Below, one piece after another: positions 29,586 to 39,520 of a DNA stretch of 64,000 nt. The notes below the pieces were generated by a model. That model made no database searches and was not told where the DNA came from. It saw only the letters and a list, made by a program, of their open reading frames with translations. A program made the translations under genes and the position numbers. The number at the start of each line of letters is the position of its first letter. The first letter of the stretch is position 1. This DNA is from an uncultured Actinomycetes bacterium (GTDB lineage: Bacteria; Actinomycetota; UBA4738; HRBIN12), in NCBI GenBank assembly GCA_963734275.1, contig CAVTGO010000006.1, positions 97,503 to 161,502 of the forward strand, written 5' to 3'.

Positions 29586-30464
29586 TCAGGTCGCGTCGGC
29601 GCGCGTGAGCGCGGGGACCAGGACGACGGCTCCCTCGCCGTACCGCTCGTCGACGGCCGCGCGCGTCGCCTCGTCCGCGACCACGACGCCGAGCTGGACC
29701 GTGTTGGTCACCACGTCGGTCGAGGACCACGTCGTCTCGAGGCCGAGCTCCTGCCCGACCTCACCGCTCAGCTCCGACTGGATCCGCGACAGCTCTCGTT
29801 GGGTCCGCTCGTGCTCGACGACACACAGCGGACCGCCCCAGAGCTCGCGGATCTCGGTCGAGTGCCGTTCCAGATCGCCGGTGAAGGCGGCCGTGAGGAT
29901 GATGCCGCCGGGCGGCACGGGCACCTCGTCGTCGACCGGATCCTCGACGTAGTCGATCCACACGCTCGCGGAGTCCGGTTCGGCCTCGCTCGCCTCGATC
30001 GCGGCGGTCAGGTCGTCGTCGGTCGCGCGCGAGACGTCCACCGAGGTCCACCCGCCGGCCGGCTCGGGGCAGGGCGTATCGATGGGGTCACCGGGCTCGG
30101 TGTCATAGGTGGCGGGACCGACCACCTCGAGCACGGTGAAGGCGATGCCGTCGTAGATCCCGACGACGTCGTACTCCCCCCACGTCGTCCCCGACGCGGA
30201 CTCCTCATCCTCGACGGCCGACCAGTCCCAACCGACGAGCTCGAGGCCGGAGCACTGCGGAGGGTACGACTCGGCCACGCCCCCCAGGCAGAGCTCGGGG
30301 CCGTGACCACCGCCATCGAGCACGGTCCCGGTCGCCGAGTAGCGCTGGTCCGGGTCGATAGGCGCCGGCGGCGCCGCCGGGTAGCGGTCCGCGCACGCGC
30401 CGAGAGCCAGAGCGCCCGCGAGCGCGAGCGTGGAGACGCGAAGGGTCCCTCTCCCCATCGTCAT
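29586..30464 (-). CDS. hypothetical lipoprotein
   Basis: This is the last 292 codons of track ORF 29586..31610 from ATG 30464. Signal peptide plus lipobox: MTMGRGTLRVSTLALAGALALGAC. Confidence 0.55.
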   Translation of the reverse strand: MTMGRGTLRVSTLALAGALALGACADRYPAAPPAPIDPDQRYSATGTVLDGGGHGPELCLGGVAESYPPQCSGLELVGWDWSAVEDEESASGTTWGEYDVVGIYDGIAFTVLEVVGPATYDTEPGDPIDTPCPEPAGGWTSVDVSRATDDDLTAAIEASEAEPDSASVWIDYVEDPVDDEVPVPPGGIILTAAFTGDLERHSTEIRELWGGPLCVVEHERTQRELSRIQSELSGEVGQELGLETTWSSTDVVTNTVQLGVVVADEATRAAVDERYGEGAVVLVPALTRADAT

Positions 30465-30560
30465 GCGATACGGGCTCGGACGCCTCCGCGGACGGGCACC
30501 GTTCCCGCAGGGCAGGAAACCGCAATCCCCGAGCGGGACGCCGGGGCCTATCCTTGGCGC

Positions 30561-31517
30561 ATGGCCGGACCCGAACGGGCGCGGGCGCTGTTCAAGGAGA
30601 TGGCCGACCGGGTCGACGAGCGCCTGTTCGGCGTCGGCGAGCCGCTCCGCCTCGTGATGGTGGGGATCCTCACGGGCAACCACGTCCTGATCGACGACGT
30701 ACCGGGCGTGGGCAAGACCACCCTCGTGCGGATGCTCTCGGCGATGCTCGGCCTCGACTTCCAGCGCGTGCAGTTCACGCCGGACCTGATGCCCTCGGAC
30801 ATCACGGGGACCTCCGTGCTGGATCTGAAGACCAACGAGTTCGAGTTCCGCCGCGGGCCGATCTTCACCCAGGTCCTCCTCGCGGACGAGATCAACCGCG
30901 CGACCCCGAAGACGCAGGCGGCCTTGCTGGAGGCGATGCAGGAACGCCAGGTGACCGTGGACGGCGCGACGTACCCGCTCCCCGATCCGTTCTTCGTCCT
31001 CGCCACGCAGAACCCCATCGAGCTGGAGGGCACGTTCCCGCTCCCCGAGGCGCAGCTGGACCGGTTCCTCCTGCGCGTGAAGCTCGGCTACCCGGACGAG
31101 CGCGACGAGGAGCGCATCCTTCAGACACGGCCGGACGAGCGCGGCCTGCCGACCTCGCCCCTGCCCGACCTGCCCCCGCTCCTCGAGATCCGCAACGAGA
31201 TCGCGGCGATCGGCCTCGAGCACCCCGTGCGCTCCTACGTGGTGGCGCTCGCTCGCGCGACGCGCGACCATCCCGAGCTCGCCGTCGGGGCGAGCCCGCG
31301 CGCGGTCGAGCAGATGGGCGACGCCACCCGCGCGTTCGCGATGCTCGACGGGCGCGATTACGTCCTGCCCGACGACGTGAAGGCCCTCGCCGAGCCCGTC
31401 TTCGGGCACCGACTCGTGGCCACCACCGACGCCCGGATCCGAGACCGCGGTCCCGATGAGATCCTCCGCGAGGTCCTGCGCTCGGTCCCGGTGCCGACGG
31501 AGCTCGGCGACCAGTAG
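30561..31517 (+). CDS. moxR: MoxR-family AAA+ ATPase
   Basis: Part of track ORF 29799..31517 from ATG 30561: DDVPGVGKTT, LLADEINRATPKTQAALLEAMQERQVT, FFVLATQNPIE. Confidence 0.92.
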   Translation: MAGPERARALFKEMADRVDERLFGVGEPLRLVMVGILTGNHVLIDDVPGVGKTTLVRMLSAMLGLDFQRVQFTPDLMPSDITGTSVLDLKTNEFEFRRGPIFTQVLLADEINRATPKTQAALLEAMQERQVTVDGATYPLPDPFFVLATQNPIELEGTFPLPEAQLDRFLLRVKLGYPDERDEERILQTRPDERGLPTSPLPDLPPLLEIRNEIAAIGLEHPVRSYVVALARATRDHPELAVGASPRAVEQMGDATRAFAMLDGRDYVLPDDVKALAEPVFGHRLVATTDARIRDRGPDEILREVLRSVPVPTELGDQ

Positions 31518-31524
31518 CGGCGAC

Positions 31525-32676
31525 GTGGACACGCCGGAACGGCGCCAGATCGCTCTGTACGTCGCGACGCTCGTCGGCGTGCTCGCCGTCGCGTGGGGGC
31601 AGACCGTCATCCTGCTGTGGGCCGCGGGGATCGCCGGACTCGCCGTCGCGGCGATGCTGTGGACGCGCTCGGCGCTCCGAGGGGTGACCGTCGAGAACAG
31701 CTTCGAGCCCGCCCGAGCCTTCGTCGGCGAGGAGATCCACCTGCGCGTGCGGATCGTGAACGAGAAGCGGTTCCCGCTCCCGATCGTGCGGCTCCTCGTC
31801 CGGTTCCCACCCGGCGTCTACCCGGGCCACGGCTCGGACCCGACGGCGCTGCGCGGGCACCGGCGCCGCCTCTCGATGGCCGGTCACAGCCAGATCGAGC
31901 TCCTGCTCCCGGTCGTCGCGCCACGGCGCGGCGAGTACTGGCTCGAGGGCGTCGATATCGAGGTCTCGGATCCCTTCGACCTGGCGCCGGTCAAGCTCGA
32001 GGCGGACCTGGACCGACCGCTCCTCGTGATGCCCGAGCCGAGGGTGGGGATCCCGCTGCGCATCGTGCGGCGGCTGCCGTTCGGTTCGCCCGCCCAGGCC
32101 GTTCGCCTGTTCGAGGATCGCGAGCACTTCGCCGGCGTCCGCGACTACGAGCCGGGCGATCCGATGCACCACGTCCACTGGCGCGCGTCGGCGCACACCG
32201 GCCGGCTGCAGACCAAGCGGTTCGAGCCCACGCGCTCGGCCGAGGTCCTGTTCGCGATGGATCTGTCCAACGGCGAGCCGTTCTGGCACGCCGTGGACCC
32301 CGCCACCGCCGAGGAGACGATCGGCTGGGCGAGCTACCTGTCCCGCCAGGCGATCCACGCGGGCTGGCGCACCGGCCTGATCGCCAACACGCACCTGCGC
32401 AAGGGCCGTGGGCCCCTCCGCATCTCGCCCTCGGCCGCAGCCGGCAGCGAGTCGGTGCTGTTCGCGGCCCTCGCGCGGATGCCGAACCAACCGACCAGCG
32501 ACCTCGGCTCGGTGCTGCGCGAGGTCGGACGGCGCATGGTCCGCCGCACCACCGTCGTCGTGATCTCGCCGAGGCCGGGCGCGCTGCTGCTGCACGAGAT
32601 GGAGGTGCTGCGCCGCCGCGGCTCGGACGTGATCCATCTCTCGCCGCTCCAGGCCTACCGGGAGGCGGCCGGGTGA
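31525..32676 (+). CDS. DUF58-domain protein (vWA-like, MoxR partner)
   Basis: Part of track ORF 31456..32676 from GTG 31525. It has two N-terminal TM helices and FAGVRDYEPGDPMHHVHWRASA. Confidence 0.85.
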   Translation: MDTPERRQIALYVATLVGVLAVAWGQTVILLWAAGIAGLAVAAMLWTRSALRGVTVENSFEPARAFVGEEIHLRVRIVNEKRFPLPIVRLLVRFPPGVYPGHGSDPTALRGHRRRLSMAGHSQIELLLPVVAPRRGEYWLEGVDIEVSDPFDLAPVKLEADLDRPLLVMPEPRVGIPLRIVRRLPFGSPAQAVRLFEDREHFAGVRDYEPGDPMHHVHWRASAHTGRLQTKRFEPTRSAEVLFAMDLSNGEPFWHAVDPATAEETIGWASYLSRQAIHAGWRTGLIANTHLRKGRGPLRISPSAAAGSESVLFAALARMPNQPTSDLGSVLREVGRRMVRRTTVVVISPRPGALLLHEMEVLRRRGSDVIHLSPLQAYREAAG

Positions 32677-33998
32677 TCGTCCCGCACGAGGTCGCCCCGC
32701 CCGACGTTCGCGAGCTTCGCGCCTGCGCCCTGGCCGCGCTCGCCGAGGCCGGCATCGTCTATCTGCCGGCGCACATGCTCCTCACCGAGTCACGCGGCCT
32801 GCACTTCTCGATCGTCTCGTTCGCCGTGCCGTTCGTCGCCGCGTACGTGCTGGGCGCGCTCGCCGCATGCCGGTTCCGGGGCTCTCGACACGTGGCGGTC
32901 GCGGCGGCCGTCGCGGCCGTCGCGATCGGCGCCCTCGTCGGTTGGGGCGACGTGAACCGCAGCGTGTTCACGATCGCCGTCGCGCTGCTCGTCTCGTTCC
33001 GGGTGGTGAGCCTCGGGCTCCGGGACTGGCGAACGCCGCTGCACGCCGAGTTCGGCTGGGGCGCGGTCGCCCTCGGGCTCGAGGTGATCCTCGCGTCCGG
33101 AGGCCAGCCCGGGTGGCGCCCGCTCCTGCTGCTGTTCGTCCCCCTGTTCTTCATAGGGTCGCTCGCGAGCCGCGCCACGACCGTGTGGAGCTCGGGCGGT
33201 GCCGGCGAGCTGGACGACGCGGTGCGGGCCGCGTGGATCCGCCGGGCCGCCCTCGCGACGGGGGGGCTGCTGCTCGCGATGGTCGCAGCGGTCGCGTTCG
33301 CCGTCCAGGGCGGCGTCTTCGACGAGATCGGCCAGTGGCTCTCGCCGGCCGTGAACGCGCTCGCCTCGTTCCTCGCGTGGGGGCTCGGTCAGGCTGCCCG
33401 GCCGGTCTTGTGGGCCGTCGACCTGTTCGGCATCGACCCCGAGAACGTGCGCGAGTTCTTCGAGCGCCTGCGCAACGGCAGCTTCGCGAGACGCCTGGCC
33501 CTGGAGACCCGGCCCTCGGGGCCCGCGTTGTGGCAGCGCCTCCTCGGCCTCCTCGTGTTCGTGGCCATCGGGTACCTGATCGTGCGCGCGATCCGCCTCG
33601 TCCGCCCGCCGGAGCGAACGGAGCCCGAGCGCCGCCCGCAGGGATCGGTCGAGGGGTCCGGCCTTCCCGAGGAGCTCCCCACCGGCGCCGGAGCGTTCCA
33701 CAGCGAGCTGCCGGCCGATACCGTCCGGCGCGCCTACGCCGAGGTGCTCCTCGCCCTCCGCGGGCGGCGGATCGCGAAAGACCCCTCGCAGACCCCCGCC
33801 GAGTTCGCGCCGGCGGTCGCCACCGCCTACCCCTCGTGCGCGGAGGCGTTCGGCCGCCTCACCCGCGCGTACGAGGACGTCCGCTACGGGAGCCTGCGCT
33901 TGGACGCGGGCGAGCTGCGGCGCCTCGACGAGGGCACGCGCCGGATCCTGCGCGAGCTCCGCGAGGCGCCGCCGGAGGGGGTTGTCGCCCCCGGGTAG
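32673..33998 (+). CDS. polytopic membrane protein with C-terminal DUF4129-like domain
   Basis: Tail of track ORF 31593..33998. The GTG at 32673 overlaps the DUF58 stop (GTGA). It has multiple TM helices, and the C-terminus reads TPAEFAPAV...YEDVRYG. Confidence 0.6.
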   Translation: MIVPHEVAPPDVRELRACALAALAEAGIVYLPAHMLLTESRGLHFSIVSFAVPFVAAYVLGALAACRFRGSRHVAVAAAVAAVAIGALVGWGDVNRSVFTIAVALLVSFRVVSLGLRDWRTPLHAEFGWGAVALGLEVILASGGQPGWRPLLLLFVPLFFIGSLASRATTVWSSGGAGELDDAVRAAWIRRAALATGGLLLAMVAAVAFAVQGGVFDEIGQWLSPAVNALASFLAWGLGQAARPVLWAVDLFGIDPENVREFFERLRNGSFARRLALETRPSGPALWQRLLGLLVFVAIGYLIVRAIRLVRPPERTEPERRPQGSVEGSGLPEELPTGAGAFHSELPADTVRRAYAEVLLALRGRRIAKDPSQTPAEFAPAVATAYPSCAEAFGRLTRAYEDVRYGSLRLDAGELRRLDEGTRRILRELREAPPEGVVAPG

Positions 33999-34010
33999 GA
34001 TGCCTCCTTC

Positions 34011-35033
34011 ATGGCCGACTCCGCGATCTCCGTCCAGCACATCGCGAAGCGCTTCGGCGACGTCGAGGCCCTCCGCGGCGTGGATCTGCAGGTGCCTTAC
34101 GGCACCGTCCTCGGCTTGCTCGGACCGAACGGGGCCGGCAAGACCACGATGGTGCGGATCCTCACGACGCTGCTCCGTCCCGACGAGGGGAACGCCACCG
34201 TCGCCGGCTACGACGTGGTGAAGCAGGCCGAGGAGCTCCGCCACGTGATCGGCCTGGCCGGGCAGAACGCGGCGGTCGACGAGAACCTGACCGGCTTGGA
34301 GAACCTCGAGATGGTCGGGCGCCTGTACCACGTGCCCGCCCCCGAGGCGCGCCGCCGCGGCGCGGAGTTGCTGGATCGCTTCGAGCTGACCGAGGCGGCG
34401 CACCGCACGGCGAAGACATACTCGGGCGGCATGCGGCGGCGCTTGGACCTCGGCGCGAGCCTGGTCGGCCACCCGAAGGTCCTCTTCCTCGACGAGCCGA
34501 CGACCGGCCTGGACCCGCGGAGCCGCCTGGAGATGTGGGACATCATCCGCGAGCTGGTGAAGGACGGGACCACGATCATGCTCACCACCCAGTACCTCGA
34601 GGAGGCCGACCAGCTGGCCCACTCGATCGCGGTGATCGACGGGGGCCTCGTGATCGCCGAGGGCACCTCGGACGAGCTGAAGGCCCGCGTCGGCGGCGAG
34701 GTGCTCTCGCTGCGGATCGCGGACCGCGACAAGGTCAGCCAGGCAGCCGGCGCCGTGCTCGGCCTCGGACCCGGCGGCGGCACGGTGGAGAACGAGACGG
34801 GAGAGATCAACATCCCGGTCGGCTCCGAGGGGACGGCGATCCTCACCGAGGCGATCCGGCGCCTGGATGCCGAGGGCATCACGCTCGCCGACGTCGCGCT
34901 CCGCCGCCCCACCCTTGATGACGTGTTCCTCTCGCTCACCGGCCACGTGGCCGAGGGCGGAGAGGCGACGCCCGCCGAGGGTGACCAGAAGAAGCAGCGC
35001 AAGAAGCGGCGGAAAGAGAAGGAGCCGGCATGA
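34011..35033 (+). CDS. ABC transporter ATP-binding protein, DrrA (daunorubicin-resistance) type
   Basis: Track ORF of 340 aa: GPNGAGKTT, YSGGMRRRLDL, LFLDEPTTGLD, with a Lys/Arg-rich tail. Confidence 0.9.
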   Translation: MADSAISVQHIAKRFGDVEALRGVDLQVPYGTVLGLLGPNGAGKTTMVRILTTLLRPDEGNATVAGYDVVKQAEELRHVIGLAGQNAAVDENLTGLENLEMVGRLYHVPAPEARRRGAELLDRFELTEAAHRTAKTYSGGMRRRLDLGASLVGHPKVLFLDEPTTGLDPRSRLEMWDIIRELVKDGTTIMLTTQYLEEADQLAHSIAVIDGGLVIAEGTSDELKARVGGEVLSLRIADRDKVSQAAGAVLGLGPGGGTVENETGEINIPVGSEGTAILTEAIRRLDAEGITLADVALRRPTLDDVFLSLTGHVAEGGEATPAEGDQKKQRKKRRKEKEPA

Positions 35034-35872
35034 GCACGACCATCACGCAGAAGGCGCCGAGCCGGATCTCTTCCACGGTCTCGGACTGGTGGGTGCTGAC
35101 CAAGCGGAACCTAGTCACGTACATCCGCAAGCCCGACCTGCTGGTCTTCTCGACGATCCAGCCGGTGATGTTCGTCCTGCTGTTCGTGTACGTGTTCGGC
35201 GGGGCGTTCGAGCAGATCCTGCCGCGGAACATCTCGTACGTGGACTTCCTGATGCCGGGCATCTTCGTCCAGACGGCGATCTTCGCCGCGCTGCAGACCG
35301 GCGTCGGGCTGGCCGACGACCTGCAGAAGGGCCTCATCGATCGGTTCCGCTCGCTCCCGATGGCGCGCTCGGCCGTCCTGGCGGGACGGACCGCGGCGGA
35401 CACGGTCTCGGTCGTCTTCCAGGCGCTCCTGATGTTCGCCGTGGCATGGCTGGTGGGCTACCGACTGCACGAGGGTCTGTTCGAGTCCCTGCTCGCGTTC
35501 GCGATCCTTATCGGCGTCGGCTACTCGTTCACGTGGCTGTCCGCGTTCGCCGGCCTCTCACTGAAGACGATCGAGGCCGTCCAGGCGGCGACGTTCACGA
35601 TCGTGTTCCCCTTCGTGTTCGTGAGCTCGGCGTTCGTCCCCGTCGAGACCTTCCCGACCTGGCTGCAGGGCGTGGCGAACGCCAACCCGGTCACGATCTG
35701 GGTGAACGCGGTCCGCGTCCTGACGCTCGGCGAGCTCTACACCGAGAGTACGAGCCCGCTGTTCCAGAACATCCCGTCCCTCGGGGCGCTGCTCTGGCAG
35801 TCGGCGGCCTGGGTCGCCGGGATCATGGCCCTGTTCTGGTACCTCGGCGTGCGGGTCTACCGCCGCACGTAG
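35030..35872 (+). CDS. ABC-2 exporter permease, DrrB type
   Basis: Track ORF of 280 aa with six predicted TM segments. Its ATG overlaps the upstream stop (ATGA). Confidence 0.8.
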   Translation: MSTTITQKAPSRISSTVSDWWVLTKRNLVTYIRKPDLLVFSTIQPVMFVLLFVYVFGGAFEQILPRNISYVDFLMPGIFVQTAIFAALQTGVGLADDLQKGLIDRFRSLPMARSAVLAGRTAADTVSVVFQALLMFAVAWLVGYRLHEGLFESLLAFAILIGVGYSFTWLSAFAGLSLKTIEAVQAATFTIVFPFVFVSSAFVPVETFPTWLQGVANANPVTIWVNAVRVLTLGELYTESTSPLFQNIPSLGALLWQSAAWVAGIMALFWYLGVRVYRRT

Positions 35873-35934
35873 CGCGCCACAGGCCTCAGGGAAGGCCGGG
35901 ACCTGCCGATACCTCCGCGGAAGGAGGCGTCCCG

Positions 35935-36657
35935 ATGCAGGCTCCCAGCACGCCGAGCGGCGTCCCGGCACAGCAGCCGGACGAGCGTCCCTGCCCGGGC
36001 TGCGGCGCGTCCAACGGCCCCTTGGCCGCGTTCTGCTGGCAGTGCTACCGCCCGTTCGGTGCCCATCCCGGCGCCGACGCGATGCCCGCTTCCCCCGTTC
36101 CCGGCGTGTACGCGCCGGCCCCGGCCCGGCGGGGCCTCGTCACCATGGTCGGGGTGGTGCTCGTGACCCTCGCGGTCGTCGGCGGCGCGGTCTTCCTCTT
36201 CACCCGTGGCTCGGGCGTCGAGCTCCCCGAGTCATTCGGCGGGCTCACGCGGGTCACCGGCTCGGAGGCCGAGGCGGTCTCGACGGAGTTCCGCACTGCC
36301 GCCGAGGCCGAGGGGCTCGAGGGTGACATCGCGATCTACGGGTCGGGCCCCGTGCCGAGCGCGGCGCTGATCTGGATCGGTAACGCCCCCGTCCCGAGCA
36401 CCGAGGCCGCCTTCGAGGAGTTCGCGGCCGGGTTCAATGAGGGCATCGGCACCGGGGGCGCGCTCGTTCCCGGCTCCCAGGTCGGCAAGGTCGTGGACGG
36501 CGTCGAGTACGTGTGCGCCTCGGTCGTGAGCAACGTGCCGGGCGGGCTGTGCATGTGGCAGGAGGACGACGTCTTCTACCTGCTGTTCGACCTATCCGGC
36601 CGGGCGCTCAAGGACTCGCGGGCGCTCGCGGTCACCGCGCACGTCGCCACCGCCTGA
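35935..36657 (+). CDS. zinc-ribbon, single-pass membrane protein of unknown function
   Basis: Tail of track ORF 34867..36657. ATG 35935 follows GGAAGGAGG. Motifs: CPGCG...CWQC, then the TM helix MVGVVLVTLAVVGGAVFLF. Confidence 0.55.
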   Translation: MQAPSTPSGVPAQQPDERPCPGCGASNGPLAAFCWQCYRPFGAHPGADAMPASPVPGVYAPAPARRGLVTMVGVVLVTLAVVGGAVFLFTRGSGVELPESFGGLTRVTGSEAEAVSTEFRTAAEAEGLEGDIAIYGSGPVPSAALIWIGNAPVPSTEAAFEEFAAGFNEGIGTGGALVPGSQVGKVVDGVEYVCASVVSNVPGGLCMWQEDDVFYLLFDLSGRALKDSRALAVTAHVATA

Positions 36658-36745
36658 TCCCGCCGGGGGGGAACAACACCGCACGCAGGACGGTTGTCAC
36701 CAGCCGTCGCTACAGTGACGGGCGCCCGAACCCGGAGGAGACCCC

Positions 36746-38329
36746 GTGCCGCTGCTCGGATTCGAGGGCGAGAACGCCCGCGAGAAGGTCGTCGTCCTGC
36801 TCACGATGTGCTTCGCGCTCGCGATGGCCATGCTCGACAACACCGTCGTCAACGTGGCCCTTCCCACGATCAGCCGGGAGCTCGGCACCGGCGTCAGCGG
36901 CCTGCAGTGGATCGTCGACGGGTACGTCCTCGCGTTCGCCTCGCTGCTACTGACGGGCGGGATCGCCGGCGACCGCTACGGGCGCAAGAGGATGTTCCTC
37001 ACCGGGCTTACGATCTTCACGATCGCGTCCGCCCTGTGCGGGCTCTCGCAGACGACCGGTCAGCTGATCGGCGCCCGCGCGATCCAGGGCGTCGGGGCCG
37101 CGCTGTTGATCCCGGGGACGCTGTCGATCATCACCGTCACGTTCCCGCCGCACGAGCGCGCCCGCGCGATCGGGCTGTGGGCCGGCATCTCGGCCCTGGC
37201 ACTCGCGCTCGGGCCGACCGTCGGCGGGCTCATGGTCGAGCATCTCGGGTGGGAGTCGGTGTTCTTCCTGAACGTCCCGATCGGCATCGTCGCGTTCCTC
37301 ACCGCCCGCCGCACCGTGGGCGAGTCCACCTCGGAGGTCACACGAGAGTTGGACATCCCCGGGCTGGTGCTCGGCTCCTCGGCTCTGCTGGCGGTCACCT
37401 ACGGCCTGATCGAGGCGAACCAGAAGGGCTGGACCGACCCCTTGATCCTCGCGTCGTTGATCGCGGCGGCCGTGCTGCTGGTGACGTTCCTGCTGTTCGA
37501 GATGCGGAGCCCGAAGGCGATGATGCCGCTTCGGTTCTTCCGGATCCCCGCGTTCTCCGCCGGCAACGCGGTGGCGTTCAGCGTCTCCCTCGGGATGTTC
37601 GCGACCTTCTTCTTCATGTCGCTGTACATGCAGTTGATCCGCGGCTACACGGCGTTCGAGGCCGGCCTCCGGTTCCTGCCCATGACCGCGATGATCATCG
37701 TCACGGCGCCGGCGGCCGGCCGCTACGCGCAGAAGCACGGCGCGCGGATCCCCATGACGTACGGGCTGCTCCTCGCCGGCGGCGGGCTCCTCGTGCTGTC
37801 GCTCCTGAGCGTCGACACCTCCTACCTCGTGATGCTCCCGGTCTTCGTCGCGATGGGCCACGGCATGGGTGCCACGATGGCGCCCATGACCGCCGCCGTG
37901 ATGCAATCCGTCGGGCCCGAGCGCGCCGGGCTCGGATCGGCGATGACCAACACCTCGCGCGAGGTCGGCGGCGTGTTCGGCATCGCGCTCCTCGGCACGA
38001 TCCTGACGTCCCGCCTGCGGACGGTGCTCGACCCGGCGCTCGCCACGATCGGCCTGACCGATGCGCAGCGAGCGTCGGTCGAGGCCGCGGCGGGAACCGG
38101 GCAGCTCGACCCTTCGGAGCTCGCGGGCCTGCCGCCCGAACAGCGAGCGGCCGTCGTGAACGCGTTCCGCGAATCGTTCATGGCCGGGTTCCGCCTCTCG
38201 CTGCTCGTTGCCGGGCTCGTCCTGGTGGCCGCGGCCCTGATCGCCAACCGCTTCATCCCCGGCCGGTCCCACGCCGCCCAGATCATGCGCGAGGGCGCCG
38301 GCGAGCCGGCCCCGGTCCTCGAGGTTTAG
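36746..38329 (+). CDS. MFS drug:H+ antiporter, DHA2 (EmrB/QacA, 14-TMS) type
   Basis: Track ORF of 527 aa: LDNTVVNVALPTI, GDRYGRKRMF. GGAGGAG lies before the GTG. Confidence 0.9.
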   Translation: MPLLGFEGENAREKVVVLLTMCFALAMAMLDNTVVNVALPTISRELGTGVSGLQWIVDGYVLAFASLLLTGGIAGDRYGRKRMFLTGLTIFTIASALCGLSQTTGQLIGARAIQGVGAALLIPGTLSIITVTFPPHERARAIGLWAGISALALALGPTVGGLMVEHLGWESVFFLNVPIGIVAFLTARRTVGESTSEVTRELDIPGLVLGSSALLAVTYGLIEANQKGWTDPLILASLIAAAVLLVTFLLFEMRSPKAMMPLRFFRIPAFSAGNAVAFSVSLGMFATFFFMSLYMQLIRGYTAFEAGLRFLPMTAMIIVTAPAAGRYAQKHGARIPMTYGLLLAGGGLLVLSLLSVDTSYLVMLPVFVAMGHGMGATMAPMTAAVMQSVGPERAGLGSAMTNTSREVGGVFGIALLGTILTSRLRTVLDPALATIGLTDAQRASVEAAAGTGQLDPSELAGLPPEQRAAVVNAFRESFMAGFRLSLLVAGLVLVAAALIANRFIPGRSHAAQIMREGAGEPAPVLEV

Positions 38330-38338
38330 GCTACGGAC

Positions 38339-38587
38339 ATGACCAACGACGACCAGGACGTGATCGCCCAGATCGAAGACCTCGCGCACACGGAGCACGG
38401 GCTGTTCGAGAAGGAGTCGCGCGGTGAGGCCTCCACGCAGGAGCGGGAGGAGCTGAAGCGGATCGAGGTCCAGCTGGACCAGTGCTACGACCTCCTGCGG
38501 CAACGCCGGGCCCGGCGTGCGGCGGGACTGGACCCGGACGCCGCCGAGGTCCGCCCGGAGACCGTCGTCGAGGGCTATCTCGGCTAG
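38339..38587 (+). CDS. DUF2630-like small helical protein
   Basis: Track ORF of 82 aa: IAQIEDLAHTEHGLFEKE...DQCYDLLRQRRA. Confidence 0.5.
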   Translation: MTNDDQDVIAQIEDLAHTEHGLFEKESRGEASTQEREELKRIEVQLDQCYDLLRQRRARRAAGLDPDAAEVRPETVVEGYLG

Positions 38588-38588
38588 C

Positions 38589-39437
38589 GTGCCCCACGGC
38601 TCCCGCCGGGTGGGCGAGGTGGAGATCCTCGCGCTCTGCGATGGTGTCGTGCTGGGCGGCGGGCCCGCCACCCAGAGCTTCCCCGGCGCCACGGATGCCG
38701 TCTGGGCAGAGACCCGGGAGCGCTATCCCGACGTGTTCGACGGCGACTCGTGGTCGCTCCACGTCCACTGCTTCGCGATCCGCTCCGCGGGGCACACGAT
38801 CCTCGTCGACACGGGCGTCGGACCCGAGAGCGCCCCGGCGTTCGCCTGGTCGGCCACGCGCGGGCGCCTGCCCGAAGAGCTGGCGGAAGCCGGCGTAGAT
38901 CCACTCGAGGTCGACACGGTCGTGATCACGCACGTCCACGACGACCACCTCGGGTGGAACGTCGTGGAGGGCGGTGCCGAGCCGATGTTCGCGAACGCCC
39001 GCTACGTGGTCCACGGGGCCGACTGGGACCTGATGGCCGCTGCGGAAGACGAGCAGGACCGCGCGATCTTCGCCGCGGTGCTGGAACCGCTCCGGCGCGC
39101 GGGCGTCCTCGATCGCTCGGAGGCCTCGCTCGAGCTGACGCCCGAGGTCACCGTGCTCCACGCCCCGGGCCACACGCCGGGGCACCAGGTCGTGCTTGTG
39201 GATTCGGGCGATCATCGCGCGATCGTGTGCGCCGACATCGTGAACAACCCGGTGCAGCTGCTCCAACCAGGCGTGAACGGCACCACGGACATGGACCCGG
39301 ATCTCGCCGCCCGCACCCGGGAGACCTTCCTCGACCGGATCCACCGCGAGCGTCGGCTCGCCGCGCCCGCTCACCTCGCCGAGGCCTTCGGCCGGTTCGT
39401 CCCCGACGCCGACCGCCGTTCCTGGCGGCCCGAGTAG
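38589..39437 (+). CDS. MBL-fold metallo-hydrolase
   Basis: Part of track ORF 38517..39437 from GTG 38589: VITHVHDDHLGWN, HAPGHTPGH. Confidence 0.8.
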   Translation: MPHGSRRVGEVEILALCDGVVLGGGPATQSFPGATDAVWAETRERYPDVFDGDSWSLHVHCFAIRSAGHTILVDTGVGPESAPAFAWSATRGRLPEELAEAGVDPLEVDTVVITHVHDDHLGWNVVEGGAEPMFANARYVVHGADWDLMAAAEDEQDRAIFAAVLEPLRRAGVLDRSEASLELTPEVTVLHAPGHTPGHQVVLVDSGDHRAIVCADIVNNPVQLLQPGVNGTTDMDPDLAARTRETFLDRIHRERRLAAPAHLAEAFGRFVPDADRRSWRPE

Positions 39438-39520
39438 CGCCGGCGGGGCCCGAGGAGCCGCCGGCGCGGCCCGCCCCGCGCGTGGGCTAGGGTGGGCTCT
39501 CTTCGGACGAGGAGGCGTCG

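Noticed and set aside
29586-31610. A 674-aa minus-strand ORF covering the moxR region.
   Set aside because: Only the last 292 codons (signal peptide plus lipobox onward) look like a protein. The upstream part is antisense to a clear MoxR ATPase gene.
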